DNA of 64,000 nt, from positions 856 through 64,855 of IMG/VR virus record IMGVR_UViG_3300037307_000169. The stretch is one strand, 5' to 3'. This stretch comes from a virus. Lineage: Duplodnaviria; Caudoviricetes. Both the position numbers and the translations under genes were made by a program. Position 1 is the first letter of the stretch. Every line of letters begins with the position of its first letter. This document shows, piece by piece, positions 37,601-44,290 of this stretch. Under the pieces are notes generated by a model, which did no database searches, was not told the origin of the DNA, and worked only from the letters and a program-made list of their open reading frames with translations.

Positions 37601-40600
37601 GGCCCGGGGATGTTGGTGACGGTCGTCATCTCCATCGGATGCGCGAGCAGGTTGCCGTCGGCATCGAGCATCGGGACGTGGGTGCGCGCCTGGATGGCGC
37701 GGATCCGGTCGCGCAGGTAGGGCCGCTCCTGCAGGCGGTTGTTGATTGCGATCGCGTTGCCTTGCGGCTGGCCGGTGCGGGTGAGCCTGAGCTCCTCGTC
37801 GATCGCGGTCAGCTCCTCCAGGTCGCGCGAAATGGCGAGATCCTGGACGTTGAAAAGCCCACGCTCCATTGCCCGGCGGATGTCCGACCGGCGCACGCTG
37901 AACTTGGCCTCCATGTGCTTGGTGGTAATCTGCGCGGATTTCAGCATCTGCGAGGTTTCTTCCAAGTCCTGAGACGGCTCGGCGATCCACCGGTCCTTGG
38001 CTGCACCGGAGATTGTGCTCTGAGACGTGCCGCGCACGACCACGTCTAACCACATTAAATCTTGACCGGTCAGCGCGGTCACTCTTAAAAAAAACGACCG
38101 GGTCCGCTCGGTTTCGTTGGCGTCGGTCACGTTAATGAATGCCACGACCGCGTTGGTATACTCGGCCGCCTTTATGATTTCGGTCGCCGCCTGGGGGCCG
38201 CTCGACGGCTCGATGCGCAAAAATCCCACCGCTTGATTCTGCGCGTTCGCAAACAGCACGCCGGTCTTGTACATCAAGTCATTGTTTTTCAGATATTCGA
38301 CAAGGTCTGCCGGACCGTTCATTTTTTGGGTTTTGGCCAATACGGGTTTGACCAGATAGCGCTCTTTAACGGGCAGCAGGGTTTTGCGGACGGTCGGCCG
38401 GATCGGATACGTCACACCCGTCATGTAGTTGCCGACCGGGTTGACGGTGCCCCAGGAGGTACGCGCTATGATCAGCGCCTGGTACTGCAGCCCGGCTTGC
38501 TCGGCCAGGATGAACCCGCGCTCGGCGACGTTGACATCGGCGCCGCTGGGCAACGGATGCCCGGAGGGATGATTGTGAACGAAGTAGACTTTAAACGCCC
38601 CGGGGATCCGGGCCGCGCGTCCGATCATCTCGATTGTGTGGATATTGGCTGCGCCCTTGGTGCCCTTGGTATGCCGGTGGATTTCGAGGATGGTGCCGTC
38701 TTCCCCGGTCACCACCATGAAGGCATGCTCCTGCGCGCTTTTGCGGATGGCGGCGATGGCGCTTGCGACGTCATCGGCATCGCGCGCGATGTTGCCGGCC
38801 GCGGCGATGTAGCCCGTTGTCTGCACGCGGATCCCCTGCAGGGCGGTGAGCTCGGTTTTAACTTCGGGCAGGGGCTCCGCCCCTTCGATCGTCGCGTAGG
38901 CGGGCAGATCGGTGAACTGGATCTCTTGTTGCTTGGCTTTTTTCTTGGAAGGCTCAGAAGACTTTTTGACGCTGAATGCAGCCGGTGGGGCGAGGTAGGT
39001 GTCGGCCTCGTCGATTAACCCGTCGGAGCGTGTTTCTTTGCTAGGAAGCTCGCCGCGCTCTGCACGTAGTCGCTCATCTGCTTTGCCTGCAAAGGATTCA
39101 AGCGACGCGAACTTAGCAAGATACTTAGCCTCTCCTTCCGTGAGAGCGGCGAGGTCGCCGGCGATGTCGAAATCTGCGAGAATTTGCCGCGCTTTTTCCG
39201 GGTCAAACTTTTTCTGTAGTTCTGCAAGGGTACCCTCCCGCGGCGCGATTTGGGTGGAATCTTTTTGAGCGGTGAGTGACGTAGATAATACCACCGTGCC
39301 GCCGGCATTGTCAATGAAGTGCCGGAGCTCGGCCATGGTGCCGCCCTGCGTGATCGCATCATCGACCAGGATGTAGTCGCGGTTGGGCGCCACCGCTCCG
39401 ATAAACGCCGGCCGGAAAAGGATGCGCGCCATGGCGTCTTTGCCGGTGCGCTCGCCCTTGGACATATTGACGATATCGGTGGTCAGATCGAGTCCGGTGA
39501 GCTCGGCCAGGCGGAAGGCGTAGGCGAGCGGGATCATGTTGACCCGCCCTTCCTTGTTGGCCGCCTCCCATTCGATCACCGGCACCAGGATAGCCCCGGG
39601 GTAGCGCCGGCCGATCTCTTTGGCCCGGTCGACCTTGACCAGGTCTTTCACCAGCCGCTGCGCCGCGGCGTAGTCGCCGTCGTCTTTCGCGGCGCGATAA
39701 TCCGTGTGCCGCTGCATCATCGGCGTGGTTGTATGGATGACGGCCCGCGGGAAACCATCCGGCCAGGCCAGGACGTTTTTGACCGAGAACCGCCCTTCGT
39801 CGTCGGAGCTGCGGTTGACCCACGCCGCGGTCTTGATCATCTGCTCATCGAGTCGGCCCTCGGAGGCCTCGATCGCCTCGCGCAGCAGCTGCGCCTGGTA
39901 GCCGGAAAGCATCAGCGTTTGCAGGGCGTCGTCGGACAAAGTTTCAGACGCCCCGAGCGCAGCATTGGCCGCCAGGATTTCTTCGCGCAGCCGGCGCATG
40001 GCCGCGACCTGGTCGGCCGTGGCCTTCTTCCCGAATTCCCATGCCTCCTGGGTGGTGGCGAAAACGGGGACGCCCGTCTTGACCGAGAGCTTTGGCGCGC
40101 CGGGTTTATTCAGGCTCTTTTTAAGGGCGCCGACCAGCGCCTTGATTTCTTCCTCAGAAACCGATGTGCCGGCCTTGGCAATGCGGGTATGCGGAGTGTG
40201 GGCCTCGATATTGCGGACGACTGCTTTAATTTCGTCGCGGATAGGAACCCCAAGGACTCGGTTTTCGGTGACGTTTATGTCCCTAACCATGACCTGCCAA
40301 TCTTTCGGCCATTCCATTCCGGCACGGCTGGCCAAAAAGAGTAGCTGCTCCATTTTCATGGTTCCTTCCAAGTCGACATAGACCAGCTTGTCTCCGTATA
40401 AGTCGCCGGATAGAGCAGTTTTAAACCCGGCCTCGTTAAGGGCGACGACCAGGTCTGCCACCTTGGGGTTGAGCGGGGCATCCTTCCGCACCTGGTCGGC
40501 AACGCCCTTCGGCAGCCGCTTGAGGTGCTCTTCATCCGGCCGTTTCTTCATGGACGCCAGCAGCTGCGGCTTGTCTTTCGAGGGCGCCAGGTTGAACCGG

Positions 40601-41499
40601 CTCTTGATCTGCCAGGGGTAGAACGCCACCCAGCTGATGCCGCCCTCCACATCGTTTTCATACTGGATGCCGTCATAGCCCTGGTCGATCAGGTCTTCTT
40701 TCCAGGCCGTCGCGATGTCGTGGGCGAGCTCCTGCTGGACCGGTCCCGCGTCGTCGTACCGGTCGCCGATGTAAGTGTAGACATCCTCGTAGACCTCCCG
40801 CCGGAATTCGGGGTCTTTGTCGTACCGGTCCCAAAATCCTTCAGTGTCCTCGACCTTGTAACGGGAATTCAGCAACCACGTCGGCGTGTCCTCCACGTAC
40901 TCCTCGAGGGCATAGTGGGTCGTCGGTATCGACCGCATGGCCTGTTGGAGCTCCTTCTCGGTTGTGACCAGCGGCCGCTCGATGGACAGGTAGACCGGAT
41001 AGACCCGGCCGGTTTCCTTGTCATCCTTGCGCCCGTAGATGCCCCGGGCGAACTGATTGGCGACCAGGGGCGTCTCGGCAAAATGCGCGCCGAGGAAGGC
41101 CGTGGGATCGGCGCCGCTGGCGCGCTCGGGCCGGTCCTCGTTGACGTCGGCTGGCTGCGGATCAGTGTCGAACGCATCGAAGTCTACCGGGTAGGTGGTC
41201 CCGTGATAGAGAATCTTGGGCCGGCCCTGTGCGTCCACCGCCTTACTTTTGCCGAACCAGCGGTTGAACGCGCTCGCCCCGGTGCCCTGGTAGTCCTGCT
41301 CGAGCTTGCGCGTGATTTGGGCCTCGATGTCGGCGAGGTCGTCCTCGACCTGCAGGCGGAACTCCTTGACCGCCTCGACCGCGGCTTTCTGCGCGGAGAG
41401 GCCCTCTTCGTCGCGGAGATCCTCCACCATGCCGTTGATGATCGCCTTCTCATGCTTGCCCAGCTTGTGCCGTTCCAGGCATTTTTTCAGGGTGCCCAT
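28627..41499 (-). CDS. Giant polyvalent ejection/internal virion protein (ART-like, PRTase, JAB, radical-SAM-like, duplicated EIQSDW modules, helical C-terminus)
   Basis: 4290-aa uninterrupted ORF in the late operon. Motifs: WFGKSK.VD...YHGT and GYDGI..QIKS (ART-PolyVal-like); ILVDDAITQGGT (PRT); VHNHPSG..PS..D (JAB); CPMLIVGCHGCY; EIQSDWHQK twice. Confidence 0.85.
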   Translation of the reverse strand: MGTLKKCLERHKLGKHEKAIINGMVEDLRDEEGLSAQKAAVEAVKEFRLQVEDDLADIEAQITRKLEQDYQGTGASAFNRWFGKSKAVDAQGRPKILYHGTTYPVDFDAFDTDPQPADVNEDRPERASGADPTAFLGAHFAETPLVANQFARGIYGRKDDKETGRVYPVYLSIERPLVTTEKELQQAMRSIPTTHYALEEYVEDTPTWLLNSRYKVEDTEGFWDRYDKDPEFRREVYEDVYTYIGDRYDDAGPVQQELAHDIATAWKEDLIDQGYDGIQYENDVEGGISWVAFYPWQIKSRFNLAPSKDKPQLLASMKKRPDEEHLKRLPKGVADQVRKDAPLNPKVADLVVALNEAGFKTALSGDLYGDKLVYVDLEGTMKMEQLLFLASRAGMEWPKDWQVMVRDINVTENRVLGVPIRDEIKAVVRNIEAHTPHTRIAKAGTSVSEEEIKALVGALKKSLNKPGAPKLSVKTGVPVFATTQEAWEFGKKATADQVAAMRRLREEILAANAALGASETLSDDALQTLMLSGYQAQLLREAIEASEGRLDEQMIKTAAWVNRSSDDEGRFSVKNVLAWPDGFPRAVIHTTTPMMQRHTDYRAAKDDGDYAAAQRLVKDLVKVDRAKEIGRRYPGAILVPVIEWEAANKEGRVNMIPLAYAFRLAELTGLDLTTDIVNMSKGERTGKDAMARILFRPAFIGAVAPNRDYILVDDAITQGGTMAELRHFIDNAGGTVVLSTSLTAQKDSTQIAPREGTLAELQKKFDPEKARQILADFDIAGDLAALTEGEAKYLAKFASLESFAGKADERLRAERGELPSKETRSDGLIDEADTYLAPPAAFSVKKSSEPSKKKAKQQEIQFTDLPAYATIEGAEPLPEVKTELTALQGIRVQTTGYIAAAGNIARDADDVASAIAAIRKSAQEHAFMVVTGEDGTILEIHRHTKGTKGAANIHTIEMIGRAARIPGAFKVYFVHNHPSGHPLPSGADVNVAERGFILAEQAGLQYQALIIARTSWGTVNPVGNYMTGVTYPIRPTVRKTLLPVKERYLVKPVLAKTQKMNGPADLVEYLKNNDLMYKTGVLFANAQNQAVGFLRIEPSSGPQAATEIIKAAEYTNAVVAFINVTDANETERTRSFFLRVTALTGQDLMWLDVVVRGTSQSTISGAAKDRWIAEPSQDLEETSQMLKSAQITTKHMEAKFSVRRSDIRRAMERGLFNVQDLAISRDLEELTAIDEELRLTRTGQPQGNAIAINNRLQERPYLRDRIRAIQARTHVPMLDADGNLLAHPMEMTTVTNIPGPTASQFYPIGGQRPRLIGGLRTLTQTYLDNMHETAREHFRKAIVKSIEMAYEGNVPAGRSELGTSIKALGTKQRPDKGFALARPLKRSHKTYAALNINTMCPMLIVGCHGCYIDGCYMIGTMENGRAINFYRSAMYTAELLQISDAEVRKLTATGGLRVNGMGDLTWSERFQMEDIVRHAHMRGLPLKIITKQDDTIKIMQWLIKNKVPGAREVIVQPSIDPYWIEVSQQDNLPGSAMKATQVIDMINAGKLEPAAKFIREEMGCEARVINGRVWRKYGWSWDQLKKASKKYPDVRILPRGVVSTAKEIAEYALHTPEVLQTWMHAVMRPGMWSEVEGKDVSDVALNFRDPIAIRKVDGEWRILRQLERGTDQVGEGTDYTKVERYIKENYTKAQQEKIFSVLSGQLAKDESSLCCAAGASLDACFDCQSSCNHGSYYTGAELRDIAARGVKQLAKGAKSIGKRDLLASVRRPVWYSSMEEFLARPGQLPKTSTAANFASLIKGWAKSGKFKAEELEWSELLEWLDAQPVGTKVSATDVINAAQPVIIVEKEIRSYQTQMPFNRQEFLEEFEENYREQARDYYFGEGEYWYERIREEKYILFEKIKETEEVKTSTDEDGDEVEVYTYTYDEKTVELDEKPDHPDDLLEEFNITNEQVFDMIPEKEIDAGVDEAWDMWGSEEAQRALEAAIEEYKSEEQELDEEIELETSGGVWEVMHGRKIYHRTYYANGIFADVYSDKDDEAFHVEISALEKRGDFDSLEDAENFISQTIAADISKGDATIYGEHQLPGGLYYTELLLILKSPVQDKEFVSTHWNRKKNVLAHVRFNHRETADGERILFIEEIQSDWHQKAFNARRKEIKRIAAEKNISIAEAAKLVPKGYFYITKEIVARNEELTRAIQMQSLKNQEIYQNAEKIRNIAGYQVSFDWYNPEIIKYHEQKNYIKSLAAYVPEPKYFEIRKTVMASQEYKDFLELQKQYIDTRTMEQPKLDLMPNAPFKQTWPLLVLKRMVRYAAENRFDKIAWTTGEMQVQRYEGALRRRVDEIRWTKTADEIHIEGFWKNKKIVHTTETKISVNDAIGKTMGEKIIESSDQSGVFKNEDIVISDTGMAGFYDRILPAEANKFFGSETWGKARVGEININAYGLQPVMVHSLDINDTMRQKAMGGMPLFSVRRVSPFFSQLMDAVTDPKRGLPVRATAGQMAASLANMQKQGRFKQEEFAWALEEFFDAYSKDDKVTRDEIVAYVKAHTVPVTELIYGWAGDVRDVDYDIEILENFPYRWGVKWRIDPESFVGEKQAYTPHPMIPGAFYWLIMHERTNHIDPANNGFYLEVRTSVQRVDQPAKWVGPFKTEDEVTAWTNEHYVGDPDRAETDGSPRYDQYGMAGERGANYREIVLKYSPSEHVAVQRVTTRNAMHSMLKNVGMRTSEADQMVSVVTRVDSVGDFPATDAKLRKELGDDYEKFMELRASYWRLGEAMKTGFYGTHFSPERDVLCWIRFDERVDDDGKKVLFIYEIQSDWHQKGQRFGYRPAGADEVEYQIIKNAAGSYDVIYLSADNKVIGRDGGYDSRMIAEDAAKERRTLRENPPDIPFKQTWPLVALKRMAIYAAENNFDRVAWASGLQQYEQWGSERFVWRKIDYRGMTPGEVVPANKALALAQSGVPLSLREDDRFISLDLKDVSWHANHIGSQSPTYDAQQIVVGKPSDDRKRVLAPAFAVEGTEQHSGAIFEQFAPDQIEEVINKIDGRHVSDKTDLAGIVSIIMERKRQEYKHKFPEYVERITTTLWERMQAKPENGEYLPRLEGMRKFYDQRLVTLAKDFFGRKIWGGAEVRPINVRVAQDFDIAAELGAEPDFPELDLASDYAPVFGFDISEEIKAAALTRGLPLFSVKRLDPVSRVYLDAFREAVPSSTTTTDEDIEADIYDGLTDEEKKRLKSSHGLPVPTWLQLQGKNLRERWHEMSRHRPFLDPTQHATVADILRTHQANPENSTRRAMQMLQGIVAGLKPKQYEVFSLSLIMDDMVRDIESGLLSEKEALPFGFTQQSAVRYRDYLRTLAQGDAAVNSALERRRRFQVKIKEALVAAELLPKTVLEDDRYWHHQVLQYHALDQLGEKYSGVGLGADDLRLKKKGWQMKRQGSVQDYNTKYVETEYEWLAQALAQLETRSVMDKLRELIDITGSLRSLAKSRNLEAFYAPVLAQLPAGTTYQDIRGTDLDPLAKYGKAVARAIGALGKMADKGELRGAPEYDDIIDGLAEWFQDEKDRKRDLGENYQFEMPSDLMEGGRLFKFMSHLMANDLPGAPWAGSVFKSVRERNNQIRETLKDKFLTPARIIRTDPNYAGYTEWIPAPGKTWYKAWSIPDRLAADIQAKEAVLDQETFEKARQILARGRDVAWIIPADIAKTLDGFDVVHDDHGLSKASARVMAAWKQWTLISPFRVIKYNLNNFSGDLDITFAFRPKIITHYLPAAIRDLYKDIKGKQMPQALRDELDLAYSLEVLGSGWSVQEVSDVAGQLAFKKHMEALTGDEPTWIARTWRSFKSFTQYRENLLRLAAFRFFRDALRDGQTLYAASNKAEIDGIEDIDRKAAKLARELLGDYGNITHAGQWIRRHLLPFYAWMEVNAPRYVRMMRNVRHEGQGAGTAARIVGVVATRAAWKTSKLAMKMMGFFALASLWNATFFPDEEEELGEQQRRQLHLILGRREDGSIVSLRVQGAFSDALSWFGMEDLSKDVMDLWYGKTSITDIAKDSALATPKKIIGALGPQWKMPGELLLERSYYPDPFNPRPIRDRLEYVSRTFSLGEVYNWAAGAVDWAVPSGMPMQRPRRGGTIGGQLINDLMALALYTADPGEMAYFDSVKLVRDYRSETLGLDNPDKSNALYYYKQSLRMGDLKSAEKYLRHYMSFPGDTSRGLEQSIKRAHPLGLLSRKDRQGFLDSLSPDERRRVEIATEWYNRVYQGLAHEETKRRSRQPPGEKPEIDEPAATTLRDVFNQLK

Positions 41500-41699
41500 T
41501 ACTCCTCCTCACTGATCAACACGATGATGTCGACAATCTCGTTGTCCTCGCGCCGCAGGCGTTCGCGCAGCGGCCCGGGCTCGACATCCACGCCGAGGGC
41601 AAGCGCGTCCCTCGGCTTTTCCTCCGCGGCTTCCTCGCCTACGGGCGGGAAATACGCGGGGGCGAAATAATTCGCTGGAAAATAGTTTCGGGGAAACAT
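41499..41699 (-). CDS. Small structural-region protein
   Basis: MFPRNYFPANYFAPAYFP repeat; coupled to neighbours. Confidence 0.6.
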   Translation of the reverse strand: MFPRNYFPANYFAPAYFPPVGEEAAEEKPRDALALGVDVEPGPLRERLRREDNEIVDIIVLISEEE

Positions 41700-42308
41700 T
41701 TAGAGATCGAGTGTCACTGTCAGCCTGTTGCCGCCCGCATCCACCGCGGCGGTGATTAGGTCTTTGGAATCCTCCAGGTCGCGGATCTTGATGAGCGAGG
41801 TGCCGGCCCCGGAGAGTTGGCCGGCGAGCGCCGCGCTGATCACCTGCATGAGCTGCGCGGCCGTGATTGTGCTGCCGATCAGCACCTCCGACCAAACGGC
41901 ATCGGCGACTTCAGCGGCGCTCGGGGCCTCGCCGCCCGAGGTCGAAAAAGCGATCGCCTGGACCGGCTGTTGATAGTTGACCCGGATCACATAGTCGCCG
42001 GTTGTGTTGATGAACGGATCGCCGCCTCCGCTCACCAAGATAACGCCGTCGGTGACGGCTAACGTGTGATCGGCTTCCTGGGGTTTGATCCGCCAACCGT
42101 TGATCAAGTAGGCATAAACCGGAATCTTGGTGCCGGCGCCCGGATCGATGTCATCGCCGCCGACGGCCAAAAAAGCCGGCGGGTATTTCGCGTTGTCGGA
42201 CAGCGCAATCCAGTCCACCCACCGGCTCCACACGTCCCGGACCGACATCGTGGTCGTACCGGCCGTCAGGGTTATGACCTTGCTGCTGCCGTCGAAGGAG
42301 TATCCCAT
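41700..42308 (-). CDS. Virion structural/tail-associated protein
   Basis: 202 aa, beta-rich, in the tail module. Confidence 0.6.
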   Translation of the reverse strand: MGYSFDGSSKVITLTAGTTTMSVRDVWSRWVDWIALSDNAKYPPAFLAVGGDDIDPGAGTKIPVYAYLINGWRIKPQEADHTLAVTDGVILVSGGGDPFINTTGDYVIRVNYQQPVQAIAFSTSGGEAPSAAEVADAVWSEVLIGSTITAAQLMQVISAALAGQLSGAGTSLIKIRDLEDSKDLITAAVDAGGNRLTVTLDL

Positions 42309-42314
42309 AACCCC

Positions 42315-42644
42315 TCAAACTTTATGGCATGCGCTGCACGGTACCGAGCGATCGGCGTGTTTTTGATGGTACTTGGTTTGCCATAAAGCGATCACCTTTT
42401 TGGTTGACCCCGGGTGGCAGCGCGCGCAGCTATCGAACGCATTGGCTGCGCTGGGCGAGACGACTACCGGCGCGCCCTGATCAATCCAGCAGCGCGGGCA
42501 AAGCGAATTCCACAACGGCGTGAACTCGCCCTCGAAGCAGTGCAGCCGGCCGGCCTCTTCGATGCATGGGACAAACCCGCTCTGCAGCGCCATAACTGAG
42601 GTGGCGCTTGCGGCCAGTAGAAATGCGACGATCGTTTTCTTCAA
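42315..42644 (-). CDS. Secreted small multiheme c-type cytochrome (2 x CxxCH, cytochrome c3/c7-like)
   Basis: AAGGAGG RBS then TTG; Sec signal MKKTIVAFLLAASATSVMA; CARCH (aa 73-77) and CSACH (aa 103-107); HQKH distal-ligand pair; degenerate CPRCW. Confidence 0.85.
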   Translation of the reverse strand: MKKTIVAFLLAASATSVMALQSGFVPCIEEAGRLHCFEGEFTPLWNSLCPRCWIDQGAPVVVSPSAANAFDSCARCHPGSTKKVIALWQTKYHQKHADRSVPCSACHKV

Positions 42645-42654
42645 GCGGTCCTCC

Positions 42655-44277
42655 TTACGCCAGATAGGCGCGATCGGTCTCGGCCGTCAGCGTGATCGAA
42701 ATCGATTTGCTTTGGTTGATGGTCCCGGTGGCCACAACCGGCTTCGCGCTGCCGGGGTTGCCGGCCACGACCGTGACCTCCGCGTCGGTGCCGGGGGTCC
42801 GGCCGCCCTGGTTGTTATTCGAATAGTCGAAGGTAAACGCGATCTGTGCGGCGCTGATCGTCCCGGCGATGTCCACGGCGTCCTTGTCGTCCACCGTCAC
42901 GGCCCCGGACTCGCCATAATCGTTGCCGGCGCCGGGCAGTGTGGTGAAAAACGCCCGGTAATAACCGCCCACCAGGTTGGCGCTGAAATTGAGGTTGCCC
43001 GCTGAAGCGTAGGGGTACTCGCGCGAGGTTCCCGTGTTGTCCCAAAAAACGATGCTGTTAAGATCGGCCGCCCGGATCCCCTGCACCAGCACGCCGGTCC
43101 CGCCGCCGTTGGGGTTGGTCGGCGTGTAGAACCCGCACTTGAGCGAATCGCCGACGAAGTTGAGCAACAGCCCGGCCGTGGCCCCGGTCACGCTCCCGGA
43201 CACCGCGTTGATGTTGGAGTTTTGCCGCAGCAGGTACTGGATCTTGGTGTAGATCTCTTTTAGGGTTGCCGAGACAGGCGTTGCCCGTTGCGCCGTGAAG
43301 GACAGGTTCGACCCGCTGGCGATCGTGCCGGTGACTGTGATGGTGGTGGCCGTGTTGGACACGATCGGGAAGGTGGCGTTTTTATCGGTCCCTTCGTAGA
43401 TGGTGAGGACGCCGCCGGCAAACTCGTTGACGGTCATGGCGCTGCCCGCACTCGTCAGCACCGACGCCCCACCGGGGGCTGAGCCGTCCACGCCGGAGTT
43501 GGTGCCGACGTCGATCACGATGCCGAAACTGCGCGAAGTGGTGGAGTCGATGTCGCGGGTAAACGCCTGCCCGAAGTATTTTGCGTTGATTTGCGTGTAG
43601 GGCGAGTTGGCCGCGACGTTGACGTCGGTGTCCTCGATGTTGAGATCCAGCCCCACCGCGATCGGCAGCGCGACCTTGTAGGCGCCCGTCCCGGTTTCGC
43701 CGACGTCCCCCAAGACCTTTTCATCGTAGAGGTATTGGTATTCCCGGCAAAACATTTTGAAAAAAGCGCGCTCGTCGAAATTGCCGTTGCTCGCATCCCC
43801 GTAGACCTGGATCGCCTCGTTCGGCGCGTCGGTGAAGGTAAAGTTTGCTTTGGACCCTGTGCTGGTGCGCTGGTAATAGAACTGCGCCCCGCTGGGAAAA
43901 CCCGATGCCAGCGCGACCATGCCGACGTACTGGCGGTTCAGCACCCCGGCCACACTGTACTCGCTCCAGCCGGCATCGCGGATCATCTGCCGGGTCGCGT
44001 CATTGCTCGGTTTCCACCCGGTATATTTTCCGCCAGGATCCTGGCCGAAAACGTACTGACCGGACCGGGCGTCGAGGACGTTCATCGGAAAATCGAACGG
44101 CTGATACGTCGTGCCGCTGGACCAAAGGTCAATGAATTTGGCCCAAAGGGCGTTCCCGCTAACGCCGTCTTTGGCGACCAAATTTCCTGCCACGTTCAGC
44201 GTGAACGTCTTTGCGCCCGTATCCATAGTCAGCTCGGTGCCAACATTGAGATCATCGGGATCAGTAATTTTTGCCAA
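42655..44277 (-). CDS. Virion structural protein (tail-associated)
   Basis: 540 aa, Gly/Thr/Ala-rich beta protein in the tail module. Confidence 0.6.
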   Translation of the reverse strand: MAKITDPDDLNVGTELTMDTGAKTFTLNVAGNLVAKDGVSGNALWAKFIDLWSSGTTYQPFDFPMNVLDARSGQYVFGQDPGGKYTGWKPSNDATRQMIRDAGWSEYSVAGVLNRQYVGMVALASGFPSGAQFYYQRTSTGSKANFTFTDAPNEAIQVYGDASNGNFDERAFFKMFCREYQYLYDEKVLGDVGETGTGAYKVALPIAVGLDLNIEDTDVNVAANSPYTQINAKYFGQAFTRDIDSTTSRSFGIVIDVGTNSGVDGSAPGGASVLTSAGSAMTVNEFAGGVLTIYEGTDKNATFPIVSNTATTITVTGTIASGSNLSFTAQRATPVSATLKEIYTKIQYLLRQNSNINAVSGSVTGATAGLLLNFVGDSLKCGFYTPTNPNGGGTGVLVQGIRAADLNSIVFWDNTGTSREYPYASAGNLNFSANLVGGYYRAFFTTLPGAGNDYGESGAVTVDDKDAVDIAGTISAAQIAFTFDYSNNNQGGRTPGTDAEVTVVAGNPGSAKPVVATGTINQSKSISITLTAETDRAYLA

Positions 44278-44290
44278 TTTTTAAACCCTC

